Shown one piece after another: positions 9,239-19,623 of a stretch of 50,141 nt of DNA. This DNA is from a virus. Taxonomy: Duplodnaviria; Caudoviricetes. Position 1 is the first letter of the stretch; each line of letters begins with the position of its first letter. Below the pieces are notes generated by a model that made no database searches, had not been told where the DNA came from, and saw nothing but the letters and a program-made list of their open reading frames with translations. Location of the stretch: the IMG/VR virus record IMGVR_UViG_3300030099_002171, positions 1-50,141 of that record; one strand, 5' to 3'. The position numbers and the translations under genes are program-made.

Positions 9239-11670
9239 TACCTAGTCCCTTCTGCTTCATTTAGTTGTTTCCCTCCGGTTCTGTCAATAGCTACTGCTGC
9301 TAATTCTTCTACAAAATCTGGCCCATAAACCCTTTTAAAAAACCTTGCATCTTTAAAAGCATTATTCGCTCTGAACCCTATTATTGCTCCTGAAGAATCT
9401 CGAACAACATTAACAGGGACACTTAAATCTAGTGTGGCTTTATCTATACCCCTAGCAAATCCTAAACTAAATAATTCCTTTAAGAAACCAGGGCTATCCA
9501 ATACCTCTCCTGCAGCTCTTTTTATAACATCTGCTCTTGATGTCAGATATAAACTGATATCACTTGCATTCCCGCCTCGTCCAAACGCTGCCTCCTTCAT
9601 ATCTTGTATGTATTTATTAACTTCTCTCTGAACCTCCTCATTGCCAAAGTCAAGATCTTCATTAAATAAAACCTTGTCGTAGAGAGCATTAAGATCATTT
9701 TTAAATCTCATGACCTCAGGACTAGCCTTCCTACTTAAGTTTTCTTGTATACGCTGATTGCTTAACTTAATAGAATTATCGATTCCAGATGAATTCAACA
9801 TACCCATCTCAACCATATTGGCATATACGCCACCAGGAGTAATCATTGTTTTAAACAAATCAGATTCTGTATCCATATTAGCTATGGTAGCAAAATATAA
9901 AGCTCTGAACTTATCTCTAGGAGCTTTCCTAAAATCCCCACCGGAGTCACGTAACGCATTCCCTAATGTAATTTGATCCTGTTCACTTATATTTACACTG
10001 TTGAGGAGTTCTTTTACTTTATTCTCGTCACCGCTCTCTAAAGCAGAACTAAGTTCAGTTAAAAGTTTTTTGTTTATAGACCTATCCAAAGCTTCTTCTG
10101 CCTCTGGTGGTAACTCTTGCCCAAACAATGCCATATTATTAAGTTTACCTTCAGGCGTGCTGTATTTAGATAAAAATTCTTCCCCTGTAAGGTTAATCAG
10201 ATCATTAAAAACTACTGGGTTTTTTTGTATTTGTTCTAAGTTAGCGTTGTTGCTTAGTATCTGTGTTGCTAATGGTTTTTTATCGTTAGATATAGTCCTA
10301 AATTTAACACCTGCAATTTGACGTAGATCCTTCACAATACCTTTGTTAAGGTCATTTACTCTAGCGTCAGTGGCTGTACCACTACCAACGACAGACATTT
10401 TTTCACTTAATTTTTTACTTAAGTCTTGGACACGCAACTCTTCCCTGCCAGATATAGCCCTAGCATCAGATTGAATATTAGAGGTAACTCGTTCAACAGA
10501 TCTATCTATTGATTTAACTTGGTTAGCTAAATCTGTTTTTAATCTTTTTAACTGTGCCTCTTGACCCGGAGATAGATCGTCTTGGCTTTCTAGAGTTTGA
10601 ATTTGCTGGGTTAGCGTTTCAGCCGCATCTCTAGTTGAAGTTAAATTTCTTTTAAAACTACTTCTAAACCCAGGAGATAAGCCTAGACTTAACTGCTCTA
10701 TCTCTCCATCAGAGGGTATGGTGCCACTTTGATATGAAGCCGCTACTTTAGAGGCCTCTTGTGTTGTTTTTAAATTAGGGTCTAAACGATAGGCGCCCAC
10801 TATTCCAATGCTTCTATCTTCCTCTGCTTGAAGAGAAGTATCGGGACCGCCCTCTGTAGTAGTAGGTTGCTCCCCGGGGGTACCAACCTTACCGTCTTTT
10901 ATGGTATATCCCTGCTCTCTAAATATTTGAGCTAGGTTATCTACAGTATTAATTGAGTCTTCCCGACTACCATATAACCCACCTAATACACCCTCTTTAT
11001 AGAAAGCTTGATTAAGATTATCAGTTATAGGTTTTACTCTACCTCCAGCTTTATCTACAAGTTCCAACCTACCCGCTTCTATCAAAGCATCCATCTGTGC
11101 CCAATCAATCCCTCCTATGCCTGCGTCACCGCTTTCTGCCTGATTAGAAGCATCAGAAGTTAAATTGTTACTTCTGGATTGAATACTGCCATCCTCACCA
11201 ATTTTATTTGTTCTAACAATAGGATCAAAATTATCTTTACCGTCTTCACCTTGATACTTACTTGAAAGAGTAGATTCAATATCAAACCTCTTAGTGCTAT
11301 TTGGGTCATCACCTTGAGTCTTTAAAGTAGCTTCTAATAAATTTTTAGGGAGATTAGTTTTTAAATAATCCTCTCCAAAAACTTTTGCTGTTTTAGAGGC
11401 AGAAAAAGCAAAAGGTTTGCCTTGGTCTCCTAGTTCTTCATTTCTAAATACATTCCACTCTTCTTGACTACCGGCAAAAGACTCTGGTTTCTCATCTTTA
11501 GATAAGGCTTCTAAAAAATCAACTTGCATTTTACCAAAGGTATTTTCGTATTGTGAGGCTGAGATGGTGTTCATTGTATTAAACTCTTGTGGAGTCATGC
11601 CTCTCTCAAATATGCGTCTGACAAACCCTTCGAATCCTTTTAAATCTTTACCTAAAACATAATTTGCCAT
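9238..11670 (-). CDS. Internal virion protein
   Basis: 810 aa, helical/coiled-coil character; translationally coupled within the internal-protein cluster. Confidence 0.55.
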   Translation of the reverse strand: MANYVLGKDLKGFEGFVRRIFERGMTPQEFNTMNTISASQYENTFGKMQVDFLEALSKDEKPESFAGSQEEWNVFRNEELGDQGKPFAFSASKTAKVFGEDYLKTNLPKNLLEATLKTQGDDPNSTKRFDIESTLSSKYQGEDGKDNFDPIVRTNKIGEDGSIQSRSNNLTSDASNQAESGDAGIGGIDWAQMDALIEAGRLELVDKAGGRVKPITDNLNQAFYKEGVLGGLYGSREDSINTVDNLAQIFREQGYTIKDGKVGTPGEQPTTTEGGPDTSLQAEEDRSIGIVGAYRLDPNLKTTQEASKVAASYQSGTIPSDGEIEQLSLGLSPGFRSSFKRNLTSTRDAAETLTQQIQTLESQDDLSPGQEAQLKRLKTDLANQVKSIDRSVERVTSNIQSDARAISGREELRVQDLSKKLSEKMSVVGSGTATDARVNDLNKGIVKDLRQIAGVKFRTISNDKKPLATQILSNNANLEQIQKNPVVFNDLINLTGEEFLSKYSTPEGKLNNMALFGQELPPEAEEALDRSINKKLLTELSSALESGDENKVKELLNSVNISEQDQITLGNALRDSGGDFRKAPRDKFRALYFATIANMDTESDLFKTMITPGGVYANMVEMGMLNSSGIDNSIKLSNQRIQENLSRKASPEVMRFKNDLNALYDKVLFNEDLDFGNEEVQREVNKYIQDMKEAAFGRGGNASDISLYLTSRADVIKRAAGEVLDSPGFLKELFSLGFARGIDKATLDLSVPVNVVRDSSGAIIGFRANNAFKDARFFKRVYGPDFVEELAAVAIDRTGGKQLNEAEGTR

Positions 11671-12446
11671 TATAAAGCCCCGTAGTTAACCATTAAATAA
11701 CCAGAACTATGTTTGAGCACAGCCTCAGGTTTACTTTGTAAAATGTCTTGTGCGATAACCCCGATAGTAGGTTCGTCTGTCACACCTACCTCATAGGCTT
11801 CCTCAGTCCAATCCCAAGTATAAACATCATACTCTCCATGTTTGTGACTAAATTGAATATTATCTTTAAGTCTAATATCAGAAAGGAACGACATTGCTCC
11901 ACCAATAATACTAGCGAACATGTTGTCTCGAGAGTTTTTATAAGCTGTTCTATCTTGCATATATTGATTCTGACGTGCTACTGCATTTTGTGCTGCTGCA
12001 CCCAAACCACTTAAAGCGCTTCGGTTAACCCCTTGTCCAATGTTTATTAAGTCAGCTAATAACGTTTGGTTGGCCTGTTGTTGAGCTACTCTAGCGTTAT
12101 TTAAGCCACCAGCTAAATTTAAAGATTGAGCCCTATCCGTAGCCCTCATCCTTTCTCTACGCATCGCTCCAGTTTCGGCTAACCCAAACCTTTCTCTGTT
12201 CCTTCTAGCAACCCCTTGTGCTATATCAGTTTGTGCTTGTACAGTAGGAGCTACAGCATCTACTAAAGTAGTATCTGTTTGAGAGCGTTCAATAAGCTGA
12301 TTCTCAAAAGGACGGTATTCACTAATGAACCGGTCGAAATCTGATTTAGTTACATCAGCAAAAACCTGATCCGGATCAGTTACTTCATTAGAGGAAAGCG
12401 TTGCAAGTGTAATGCCGTCTTCGTTATGATATCTAGTATGTGGCAT
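11670..12446 (-). CDS. Internal virion protein with a C-terminal peptidase S74-like chaperone domain
   Basis: Q/A-rich helical body followed by SDIRLKDNI...VYTWDW...GVIAQDI...GYLMVNY. Confidence 0.65.
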   Translation of the reverse strand: MPHTRYHNEDGITLATLSSNEVTDPDQVFADVTKSDFDRFISEYRPFENQLIERSQTDTTLVDAVAPTVQAQTDIAQGVARRNRERFGLAETGAMRRERMRATDRAQSLNLAGGLNNARVAQQQANQTLLADLINIGQGVNRSALSGLGAAAQNAVARQNQYMQDRTAYKNSRDNMFASIIGGAMSFLSDIRLKDNIQFSHKHGEYDVYTWDWTEEAYEVGVTDEPTIGVIAQDILQSKPEAVLKHSSGYLMVNYGAL

Positions 12447-12449
12447 ATA

Positions 12450-12998
12450 TTACTCCTGGTAAATGGTTCCTCCGCTACGTATAAAAGACTGGCCCGCAGC
12501 TGAGGCTCCTCTACCTGCAATTGAACCAATAGCGCGCATAGTGTTTCTTACTCTAGATTGTCTAGCTGCCTGTCTCGTTAAACCCTCTGCTCGAGCTAAC
12601 CTAGATGCCTGTGCTAAACCAGTCGCAGCATCAGCTGCTTGCCCTCTAGCGATACCTAAAACATTTGTTTGCTGTTTGGCACTAATGTCTTGTGCAATCC
12701 TATCTGCATTTAGAATATTAGATATTGCTCCAGTAGCCCTATTAGCTGCTGAATCTACCCCTCTAGCGATATTAATGTTCGGTCCCTCTCCTGTTAACGA
12801 CTGCATAGTATCTGCTTGCGCTCTACCCCTAACAAAACTTCTTGTATCATCGGTACGCATAGACTCATCCCTCATTTTTATCAATAAAGGATCATATGTT
12901 TGTTGAAAATACTCTTGGTCCGCCTTTGCTATGGACGCTTGAATTTTTTCTGTCTCGCTGGGTTCATACTCAGCTGGTCTTGGACTTTTACCACCCAT
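12450..12998 (-). CDS. Small internal virion protein
   Basis: 182 aa, starts MGGK, A/G/Q-rich; first gene of the internal-protein series. Confidence 0.55.
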   Translation of the reverse strand: MGGKSPRPAEYEPSETEKIQASIAKADQEYFQQTYDPLLIKMRDESMRTDDTRSFVRGRAQADTMQSLTGEGPNINIARGVDSAANRATGAISNILNADRIAQDISAKQQTNVLGIARGQAADAATGLAQASRLARAEGLTRQAARQSRVRNTMRAIGSIAGRGASAAGQSFIRSGGTIYQE

Positions 12999-12999
12999 C

Positions 13000-13455
13000 T
13001 TATACCTCTTTTTTAAAAACTTGCATCACCGGCATATATCCATAAGCCTCCGCTTTTTTTGCCCATCCTGAGCGACTTGAATGAAATTCTATCTCTGTAG
13101 TATCTAATTCTTTTGACAAGGTTTCTAAAAACTCAAACCCTGCCTCAGTATTATCATATTTAGGGTTACTGTACGCAACCCAAACAAATAATATTTTTTC
13201 ACCGCCAAAATCTCTAACAATAGTTGTAACAAAGAAGCCTACGTAATATTCATCCTCGTACGCCATGTATAAATCAGCTTCAGCTCTACGTAAAGAAACG
13301 TACACGTCAGCGGGTATCCAGTCAGAGTATGTTTTTAACGTTACTTTTTTTAGATCTTTTTCAATCGTGTTGTACGCTACTTTTACATCCTCTAATGGGA
13401 TATGTTCAAAAACTGTACCGTCATTAGTAGTCCAACTCTTTACCATATCGTCCAT
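13000..13455 (-). CDS. GNAT-fold-like virion assembly protein
   Basis: YVGFFV...LFVWVAY...IEFHSSRSGW; sits between the adaptor and ejection genes. Start could be 13446. Confidence 0.5.
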   Translation of the reverse strand: MDDMVKSWTTNDGTVFEHIPLEDVKVAYNTIEKDLKKVTLKTYSDWIPADVYVSLRRAEADLYMAYEDEYYVGFFVTTIVRDFGGEKILFVWVAYSNPKYDNTEAGFEFLETLSKELDTTEIEFHSSRSGWAKKAEAYGYMPVMQVFKKEV

Positions 13456-14101
13456 ATCTTTTTCTTGGCGATAGACCTGCGCTTTTATATTTAACAGTTC
13501 TTTTAACTCCGATGTTACCGCCTCTTCCCCTTAATTCAGCATCCGACACCTCTGCCTGAAATAGATTAAAGTAATCTGCGGCGGCTACTGGGTCGGTCCA
13601 TTGTTTGCTCGGTATCCTTAACAATCTATAAATAGTGCCGTAAACAATCCCATCTCTATAAGTATTACTAAACTCAGTATCAATGCTATTAGTAGTTCTA
13701 GTGGGTTTCAAAGCAACATTTATTAAAATTTCTTTGCTACTATTCGGTGTTGGTACCAGCCAAAAACTATCAGAAGTTTTTTGTAGATACACTGTTGGAG
13801 TCCCTGAACGATCTCGCCAATCTGGGTAATTTAACTCCAAACTTCTAGGACTGATTGGATCTAAATCATTCCCATCGTAAGTCATCCATAATATTTGATG
13901 TACAGCTGTACCGCTAGGTTGATCAAACTCGTACTCATACTCGCCTGAAATAGAATTTAAAGGGTCTAAGTCAAAAGTATACGCCTTACTTTTTTCGCAA
14001 AGTTCTATAGTTGCAGAACGTAAATTAGTCTCAATCAAAGAGTCTGGACACCCTGGAACGTAAGGTAGTATCTCTGTAATTAATGAATCAAAACTAGCCA
14101 T
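13424..14101 (-). CDS. Head-tail adaptor / tail tubular protein A-like
   Basis: 225 aa; PYVPGCP...GTPTVY...LVPTP...LKPTR. Confidence 0.6.
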   Translation of the reverse strand: MASFDSLITEILPYVPGCPDSLIETNLRSATIELCEKSKAYTFDLDPLNSISGEYEYEFDQPSGTAVHQILWMTYDGNDLDPISPRSLELNYPDWRDRSGTPTVYLQKTSDSFWLVPTPNSSKEILINVALKPTRTTNSIDTEFSNTYRDGIVYGTIYRLLRIPSKQWTDPVAAADYFNLFQAEVSDAELRGRGGNIGVKRTVKYKSAGLSPRKRYGRYGKELDY

Positions 14102-14780
14102 TAGTAGCTCCCTGATCTGGTTGTATATTATTCTGTACTAACCCGCCTTGACCTAAGCTTTGAGTGAACAACTGATAATAAGTTCCTGCAGTTTGCATAT
14201 TTGAAGCATACTCAGAATCTTTAAGGAAAGCTCTATACAAAACAAAGTTTATTAGAGGATTAGCAAAAACATCATCTACTTGAATTAAATCGGTAACAGC
14301 ACTTAGATTAGTAGGATTTTTAGAATATACAACCTCTACGTATGCACTACCCGCAACCCCTGGATATACGTAATATTTCCTAGGGTCATTTGTATCAAAT
14401 ATATAGTGTTTAACTTCGGTGCCATGAGTAGCGTCCCCCGTTACAGTAGGATCATGCCAACTCGGTTGTGTGCTATTCAAAGCATCCTCAGTAACGACTC
14501 TTATAGCTCTAGCCCCAGTTGCATCAGTGCCTGTGCCTGACATGTTTCTAACTAACTTTATTAAACGTAACCCGTCAGTTGGGATAGACTGTTCAGTTCC
14601 TGTGGATAAAGATACATTAGAATGAGTAGCGGTAGAATCAGGACGAAGATTAGCAATCTCTCTTTGACCATCATTCAAATAATCTAAAAGTTCTCCTTGA
14701 GTCCATCGTACACTTGTATTATCTTGCAAGATGTTCTGAACTCTGGAAAGGATATGTTGCCCTTGTAATGTCCCTGCCAT
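14094..14780 (-). CDS. Head-tail adaptor (DUF6682-like)
   Basis: LQD..VRWT..ELLDYLNDGQREIA..RPD...YVYP...FVLYRAF.KD. Confidence 0.65.
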   Translation of the reverse strand: MAGTLQGQHILSRVQNILQDNTSVRWTQGELLDYLNDGQREIANLRPDSTATHSNVSLSTGTEQSIPTDGLRLIKLVRNMSGTGTDATGARAIRVVTEDALNSTQPSWHDPTVTGDATHGTEVKHYIFDTNDPRKYYVYPGVAGSAYVEVVYSKNPTNLSAVTDLIQVDDVFANPLINFVLYRAFLKDSEYASNMQTAGTYYQLFTQSLGQGGLVQNNIQPDQGATNG

Positions 14781-14783
14781 TTA

Positions 14784-15032
14784 TCACTCTTCTACTTTTT
14801 TACTCTTTGTAGTTTTTTTAGGTTTCTCCTTAGTTTCTTCAATAAGTTCTTCCATTTTCTTAGGTGCTTCTTTTACTTCAGTGCACCCAGCTTGTATGCA
14901 GGCATATGCTATGTAGTCGGGAAACTCTCTTGTTTCTCCAGCTTCTAGTCTAACTGCATCACCAGTAGTTAAAGCTACGTAAACATCTTCACTAGCTTTC
15001 ACCAACATTTTTTTTATTTCTTGTTCTGCCAT
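14784..15032 (-). CDS. Hypothetical protein downstream of the major capsid gene
   Basis: 82 aa with an AGGAG RBS and a K/E-rich tail. Confidence 0.6.
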   Translation of the reverse strand: MAEQEIKKMLVKASEDVYVALTTGDAVRLEAGETREFPDYIAYACIQAGCTEVKEAPKKMEELIEETKEKPKKTTKSKKVEE

Positions 15033-15046
15033 TTATAACTCCTGTT

Positions 15047-15076
15047 TAAAAGAAGGGGTGGCCCTAAGACCACCCC
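15047..15076 (-). terminator. Intrinsic terminator after the major capsid gene
   Basis: Minus strand GGGGTGG-8 nt loop-CCACCCC followed by TTCTTTT. Confidence 0.75.
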
Positions 15077-15084
15077 AATCTTAA

Positions 15085-16221
15085 TTAGAATGCGCAATCT
15101 ACTCTGATTACACCAAAGTCTTCATCCTGACCAGAAATGTCAGAATTGTACTTAGGCTTTTTAACACCCATGATCTTACCGATAGAGATACCGTTTTGGT
15201 TTCCGTAGTCGAAAGTGTCTTCAACTATTTCTGGTAAACCGATATCCGCCATAGCAAGAGCTTGAGCTCCACAGAATAAGCAAGCAGCGAAGTCAATGTC
15301 ACTACCAGATCCACCTTTCTGAGTACCTGAAGTACCTTGAGAAGTGTTTGGTACGTGTCTGAATTCGTGAACCATGACACCGTCAACCATTAAGCTAGAA
15401 GATCCAGCAAATAGTTCGTTGTTTGGTCCTCTGATACCAGCGCTTCTTACGTTAGCTAAGAAGTCTGAATCTAGTTTCAGATCAGCCATTACTTGTGGAG
15501 TAACAAAAAGATGGAACATCTCTTCGTTACCATTGCCTCTCATACCTCTAATGTATTGATCTTTAGCAAAAGCTTTAAGCTCAACAATTGTGCTGTACTT
15601 CATAGTATCAGCAGCAACTAAAGCAGAAGTATCACCAGCAACTAAACCATTAGTTGCATCGACTCTTCTGTGTCTGTTAGAAGTAGGAGCAGTTACATCA
15701 CCATTAAACGCAAGATCAGATAGATTAGCACCTGAACCTAAAACTGGTCTTGTAGCAGAAGAACCACCAATATTGTTGTTCTTTCTGTTATAAGAAATAC
15801 CAGCCAAGGTTAAGAATGCGATTTGATCTATTCTGTCTGCCATTGCGTATGCAAGTGCATCCCTTGAGTGCTCACGGAAATTGACAACAGATTTTTGATC
15901 AGCAAGCCTACCAGATAGTCTGTTTGCAAATCTTAATTGATCTAGTTGTACAACGATGTCGAATGCTCTCAACGCTTCTTCATTACCTTCGAGAGTGTTG
16001 TCACCAACAATACCATCACCAGTCATGTCAGCTAAAAGTGTTAAAACAGCTCTAGCTCCTTTTTCTGATTGTGTAAGTTCATTTATTACTTGAACCATGG
16101 CGTTGGGGCCACTACCCGCAAATTGGTTAATGAAGGACATGTTTCTAGCAACTCTCCAAAAATCACGAGACCAGATAGTAAGCTGTTCGCTGGTCAACGC
16201 GCTAAAGTTTGTATTAGCCAT
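15085..16221 (-). CDS. Major capsid protein (N4-gp56/DUF4043 family)
   Basis: ATG at 16221 with GGAGG; GD..LEGNEEAL...DQLR.A...QEDFGVI; follows portal and scaffold. Confidence 0.85.
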   Translation of the reverse strand: MANTNFSALTSEQLTIWSRDFWRVARNMSFINQFAGSGPNAMVQVINELTQSEKGARAVLTLLADMTGDGIVGDNTLEGNEEALRAFDIVVQLDQLRFANRLSGRLADQKSVVNFREHSRDALAYAMADRIDQIAFLTLAGISYNRKNNNIGGSSATRPVLGSGANLSDLAFNGDVTAPTSNRHRRVDATNGLVAGDTSALVAADTMKYSTIVELKAFAKDQYIRGMRGNGNEEMFHLFVTPQVMADLKLDSDFLANVRSAGIRGPNNELFAGSSSLMVDGVMVHEFRHVPNTSQGTSGTQKGGSGSDIDFAACLFCGAQALAMADIGLPEIVEDTFDYGNQNGISIGKIMGVKKPKYNSDISGQDEDFGVIRVDCAF

Positions 16222-16254
16222 TAGGCCCTCCAAATAAAATTAAATTAAAAATAA

Positions 16255-16430
16255 CCAATCGCTATTTGGGGCGATATCCCGTATACCCTTTATCGTTGGG
16301 GCACGATACCGTCAGTTTTACGAGCACGACCTCGAACAGTTAACGTCATTGTAGACGAAAAAACGATTTTTATACTGAACGACCAGTGTTGGATTTCGTT
16401 CCAACGTACGAATTCTTGTTAGTATACTAC
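16255..16430 (-). promoter_or_regulatory. Structured leader and putative promoter of the major capsid gene
   Basis: TATACT -10-like site near 16421-16429, then six short hairpins on the minus strand (for example GTTGGA/TCCAAC, CGAG/CTCG, TATCGT/ACGATA, ATCGC/GCGAT). Confidence 0.55.
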
Positions 16431-16433
16431 TCT

Positions 16434-17513
16434 TTAATCAAAGTCACCACGTAATCTTCTTAAAGTTTCTTCTGGTAATGCACCAAACTCATCATCAGAT
16501 AACGTATTTATATTAACAACTTTGCTTTCTTTAGCACCATCGCCCTTCATAGCAGGGGGTTGTGCTTGAGAAGCTTCTACTTTTTTCTTTACATTAGCCT
16601 TTTGTTTCTTTTCTTGCACCGCTTTCGTCAACGTAGGTGCAGGATCAGCTGCTGGTTCATCTGAAACTTGTAACAAATCAGGTTTTTTAGACAATAAAGT
16701 AACTTCAGTAGCTTTTGCTAAAGAATCAGCTGCGCCATAACCTTGATATATAAAAGCATCACGCAACTCCATAACTTCTTGCGTTAGTTTTTCATCAAAA
16801 GTTTTACTTTTTTCATCAAAAATAGGAAAAACTTCCATTATTTCGTTAGCTTTTTGTTGTAACTCATGTTGTTCTCTATCTTGTTGCACTGTTTGGCCCA
16901 TTTTGCTTTGCATTTCGGACATGAGTTGCTCTCTTTCAGCTGTTCTTATCTCATTTCGCAGTTGTGCAGCAGCATCAGTCTGCCCTTCGAGTACTAAATC
17001 TTGATATTCTTTTTCTTTGGATACAAAATCGTACTGAGGCACTTCTGTTTCGCTAGCATCATCTTGCTTTTCAATATCTTGAAGTTTTTTCTGCATTTCT
17101 TTGTTCTTTGCAAGCACTTCATCAAGTCTAGATTTAGGAACCATTGGAGCTTTTGGCTCTTCTTCTATAACTTCCTCTACTTCAGCGACTTCTGGAGCAG
17201 CTTCTACCTCTGCAACTTCCTCCATTGGCTCCACAGGTTGCTCATCATCTGTTTGTAATTCTTCTGCAGGCTCTTCTTCTGTTGTAGCTTCTGGTTCTTC
17301 AACTGCAACTTCTTCTTCTTCTGCCTCTGCAACTTCTTCTGTTGCTTCCTCAGTGCTAGATTCCTCTTCGGTTTGTTCATCTTGAGTCTCCTCTTCTTCA
17401 AAATTCATATCTACTTGAAAAGGCGCTACGTCCTCTTCAGTTTTTGCATCTGCTCCTGGCATTCCATCGAATACTAGGTCCTCAGTTTCAGTTGTGTTAT
17501 CTTTTTTAGCCAC
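16434..17513 (-). CDS. Capsid scaffolding protein
   Basis: Extremely acidic N-half, VPKSRLDEV motif, coiled coil; lies between portal and capsid genes. Confidence 0.75.
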   Translation of the reverse strand: MAKKDNTTETEDLVFDGMPGADAKTEEDVAPFQVDMNFEEEETQDEQTEEESSTEEATEEVAEAEEEEVAVEEPEATTEEEPAEELQTDDEQPVEPMEEVAEVEAAPEVAEVEEVIEEEPKAPMVPKSRLDEVLAKNKEMQKKLQDIEKQDDASETEVPQYDFVSKEKEYQDLVLEGQTDAAAQLRNEIRTAEREQLMSEMQSKMGQTVQQDREQHELQQKANEIMEVFPIFDEKSKTFDEKLTQEVMELRDAFIYQGYGAADSLAKATEVTLLSKKPDLLQVSDEPAADPAPTLTKAVQEKKQKANVKKKVEASQAQPPAMKGDGAKESKVVNINTLSDDEFGALPEETLRRLRGDFD

Positions 17514-19623
17514 GGTTATTACCTCCTCTTGGTTTCATAGCTTCAACAGCAATCTTAGATGCTGCTTGGGTTTCAGTTTGACCTTTCCTCATATCATTAG
17601 TTAATGATGATAACTGCTGACGTAAGGCAAGTTCCTGTTGCTTCATTTGCATTTTACTTTGTATCTCAGCCGCTTTTAATTGTGGATCAGCTGCGGACTC
17701 TTGTGCCTTAGCCGCATTAAGTTGTGATTGAGATTGTAAGTTCTGTACTTCAGCTTCCATCTTCGCAAGTTCAAGCTGTACTTTTTTGATTTCAGCTTCA
17801 GCTTGGAATTGTTGTATTGCTGCTTGTTCTTCAGATGGTGGTTCCATACCTTGCATGATACGGATCCTTTGTGCGAGTTCAGCTTTCTTAGCCATATGCG
17901 AGTATTCTACAATTAAATCATCTGGTATTGGTACACCAACTTGTCTAAGTTGTATTGCTTCAGCAAACTGTACCTCATCAAAGTTATCCCTAGTAGGCAT
18001 GGTTCCCACAACTACATCATACTCGCCAAGAGTTAAATCATTTATTATTTCTCCTTCAGGAGTAGGCTGATTTATTACTAAAGGTATGCCAGGCTTAAAC
18101 GGATCTGACTCATCTGTAATTTGAACAAGTCTTTCCTCTGTATAATACTGCTGTACTAAACGTAATATGTGCTCTGCCAAATACTGTCTAGTTTTTTGTA
18201 GGTTATCTAGCGGCACTTGAATCATCAAGATACCTCTATTTTGTTTTGCTTGTATAGCAATACCTGATACCTCTGGTGAATCTGTACCTAACATAGCGTC
18301 ACTGATACCACTAATCTGTTTAATATTAAGTGCAGCTTTTTGGCTAATTCTATCTAAGCCGGTGGGAATCTGGTTCGGTGGTATTTTCGCAGGAGGGGAA
18401 GACCCACGATTATATTCTAATACCAAACCAGTTTCCGCACCGTGTTCTTCTAAATCGTCAGCAGTCATACCATTTAATGACCCGGTTTCTACAATCCAAC
18501 CGCTATTGGCTGTGGTGTTTACGATATGTAATTCTTGTGAACTTATTTTATTTAATTGTTCTTGAGGTGATATTAAGTTTCTAACCATTCCAAAAGGTCT
18601 ACCTCTTCGCCAATATGGAAAGTAAGGAACAATAGTGAAACAATCATAAGGGGACCAATCATCGTGTAACACAACTGAGTCTGCAGTTACCGTCCAACGA
18701 ACTTTACGCATTGGTTTATTTAAAATATCTAAACCATAATCATCGGCAAACTTCTGCATCTTACGTTTACCCCAAGTCATTGGTACCGGACGCATATCAC
18801 CTGTCACTCTATCAATGTAAAAAGTACAATCTTTAAGTTGATAATATTGTCTTTCTATAACTCTGACTGATCTTAAAGATCTATTTTCTTCTGGGTTAGT
18901 TGTAGCAGATTGGTTATACTCTACCCCGGTATAGGTATCTCCGTATCTCGTTTCTTCATACTCAACTGAATCAGTACCCATGCTGGCGCCATACTCTACA
19001 GAAGTTCTAAGTTGATCTGCTTTTTCTTGCCCATACTGCTCTTCTATTTGATCTATGCTCATCCACTTGGTTTCGAATATCTCGTTCCAAGTTTTTGGAT
19101 CGTATTCTTTTGCATCAGGATCGATGAGGATATCTAGTGGGTCTTTTGTAGTTATCCTCACCTCACCTTGAATGTGGTCATCAAAATCGATACGAACATC
19201 GAAGTATCCTCTATCTTGAATAAGACCATCTGCGAAAACTTGTGATTCGAGCCAGTGTACTTTGTTATTATCGGATATCTGTAAATATAATCTAGTAAGC
19301 ACATCTGCTATAGCTTGGTTACCGTTACCTCTAGGTTTAAAACTTATATCGGCTCTTCTAGTGCTTTGTTCACCAAGCACAGTGTTAACGGTAGGTAGTA
19401 TAGTATTAATGGTTAGCGCAGGACGACCTTCGTCATCGAGAACTGCTACATCGGCAGGGTCCCATTGGTTACCTCGATAAAAAGCATCGCACTTTTTAGC
19501 GGTGTCAATGTATTCTAAATGTCCGTTGTCACGGGCACGTTCATAGCGTTCAAACTGATTCTGAGCTATTAAATGCTCTTCTTCTTTTGAAAGTTTTTTC
19601 TTTTTCTTACTGTAATCCATCAA
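17506..19623 (-). CDS. Portal protein (P22/N4-like)
   Basis: 705 aa; FY.G.QW...GRPALTIN.I.P...GMVRNLISPQEQLNK; Q-rich C-terminal barrel. Confidence 0.9.
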   Translation of the reverse strand: MMDYSKKKKKLSKEEEHLIAQNQFERYERARDNGHLEYIDTAKKCDAFYRGNQWDPADVAVLDDEGRPALTINTILPTVNTVLGEQSTRRADISFKPRGNGNQAIADVLTRLYLQISDNNKVHWLESQVFADGLIQDRGYFDVRIDFDDHIQGEVRITTKDPLDILIDPDAKEYDPKTWNEIFETKWMSIDQIEEQYGQEKADQLRTSVEYGASMGTDSVEYEETRYGDTYTGVEYNQSATTNPEENRSLRSVRVIERQYYQLKDCTFYIDRVTGDMRPVPMTWGKRKMQKFADDYGLDILNKPMRKVRWTVTADSVVLHDDWSPYDCFTIVPYFPYWRRGRPFGMVRNLISPQEQLNKISSQELHIVNTTANSGWIVETGSLNGMTADDLEEHGAETGLVLEYNRGSSPPAKIPPNQIPTGLDRISQKAALNIKQISGISDAMLGTDSPEVSGIAIQAKQNRGILMIQVPLDNLQKTRQYLAEHILRLVQQYYTEERLVQITDESDPFKPGIPLVINQPTPEGEIINDLTLGEYDVVVGTMPTRDNFDEVQFAEAIQLRQVGVPIPDDLIVEYSHMAKKAELAQRIRIMQGMEPPSEEQAAIQQFQAEAEIKKVQLELAKMEAEVQNLQSQSQLNAAKAQESAADPQLKAAEIQSKMQMKQQELALRQQLSSLTNDMRKGQTETQAASKIAVEAMKPRGGNNRG

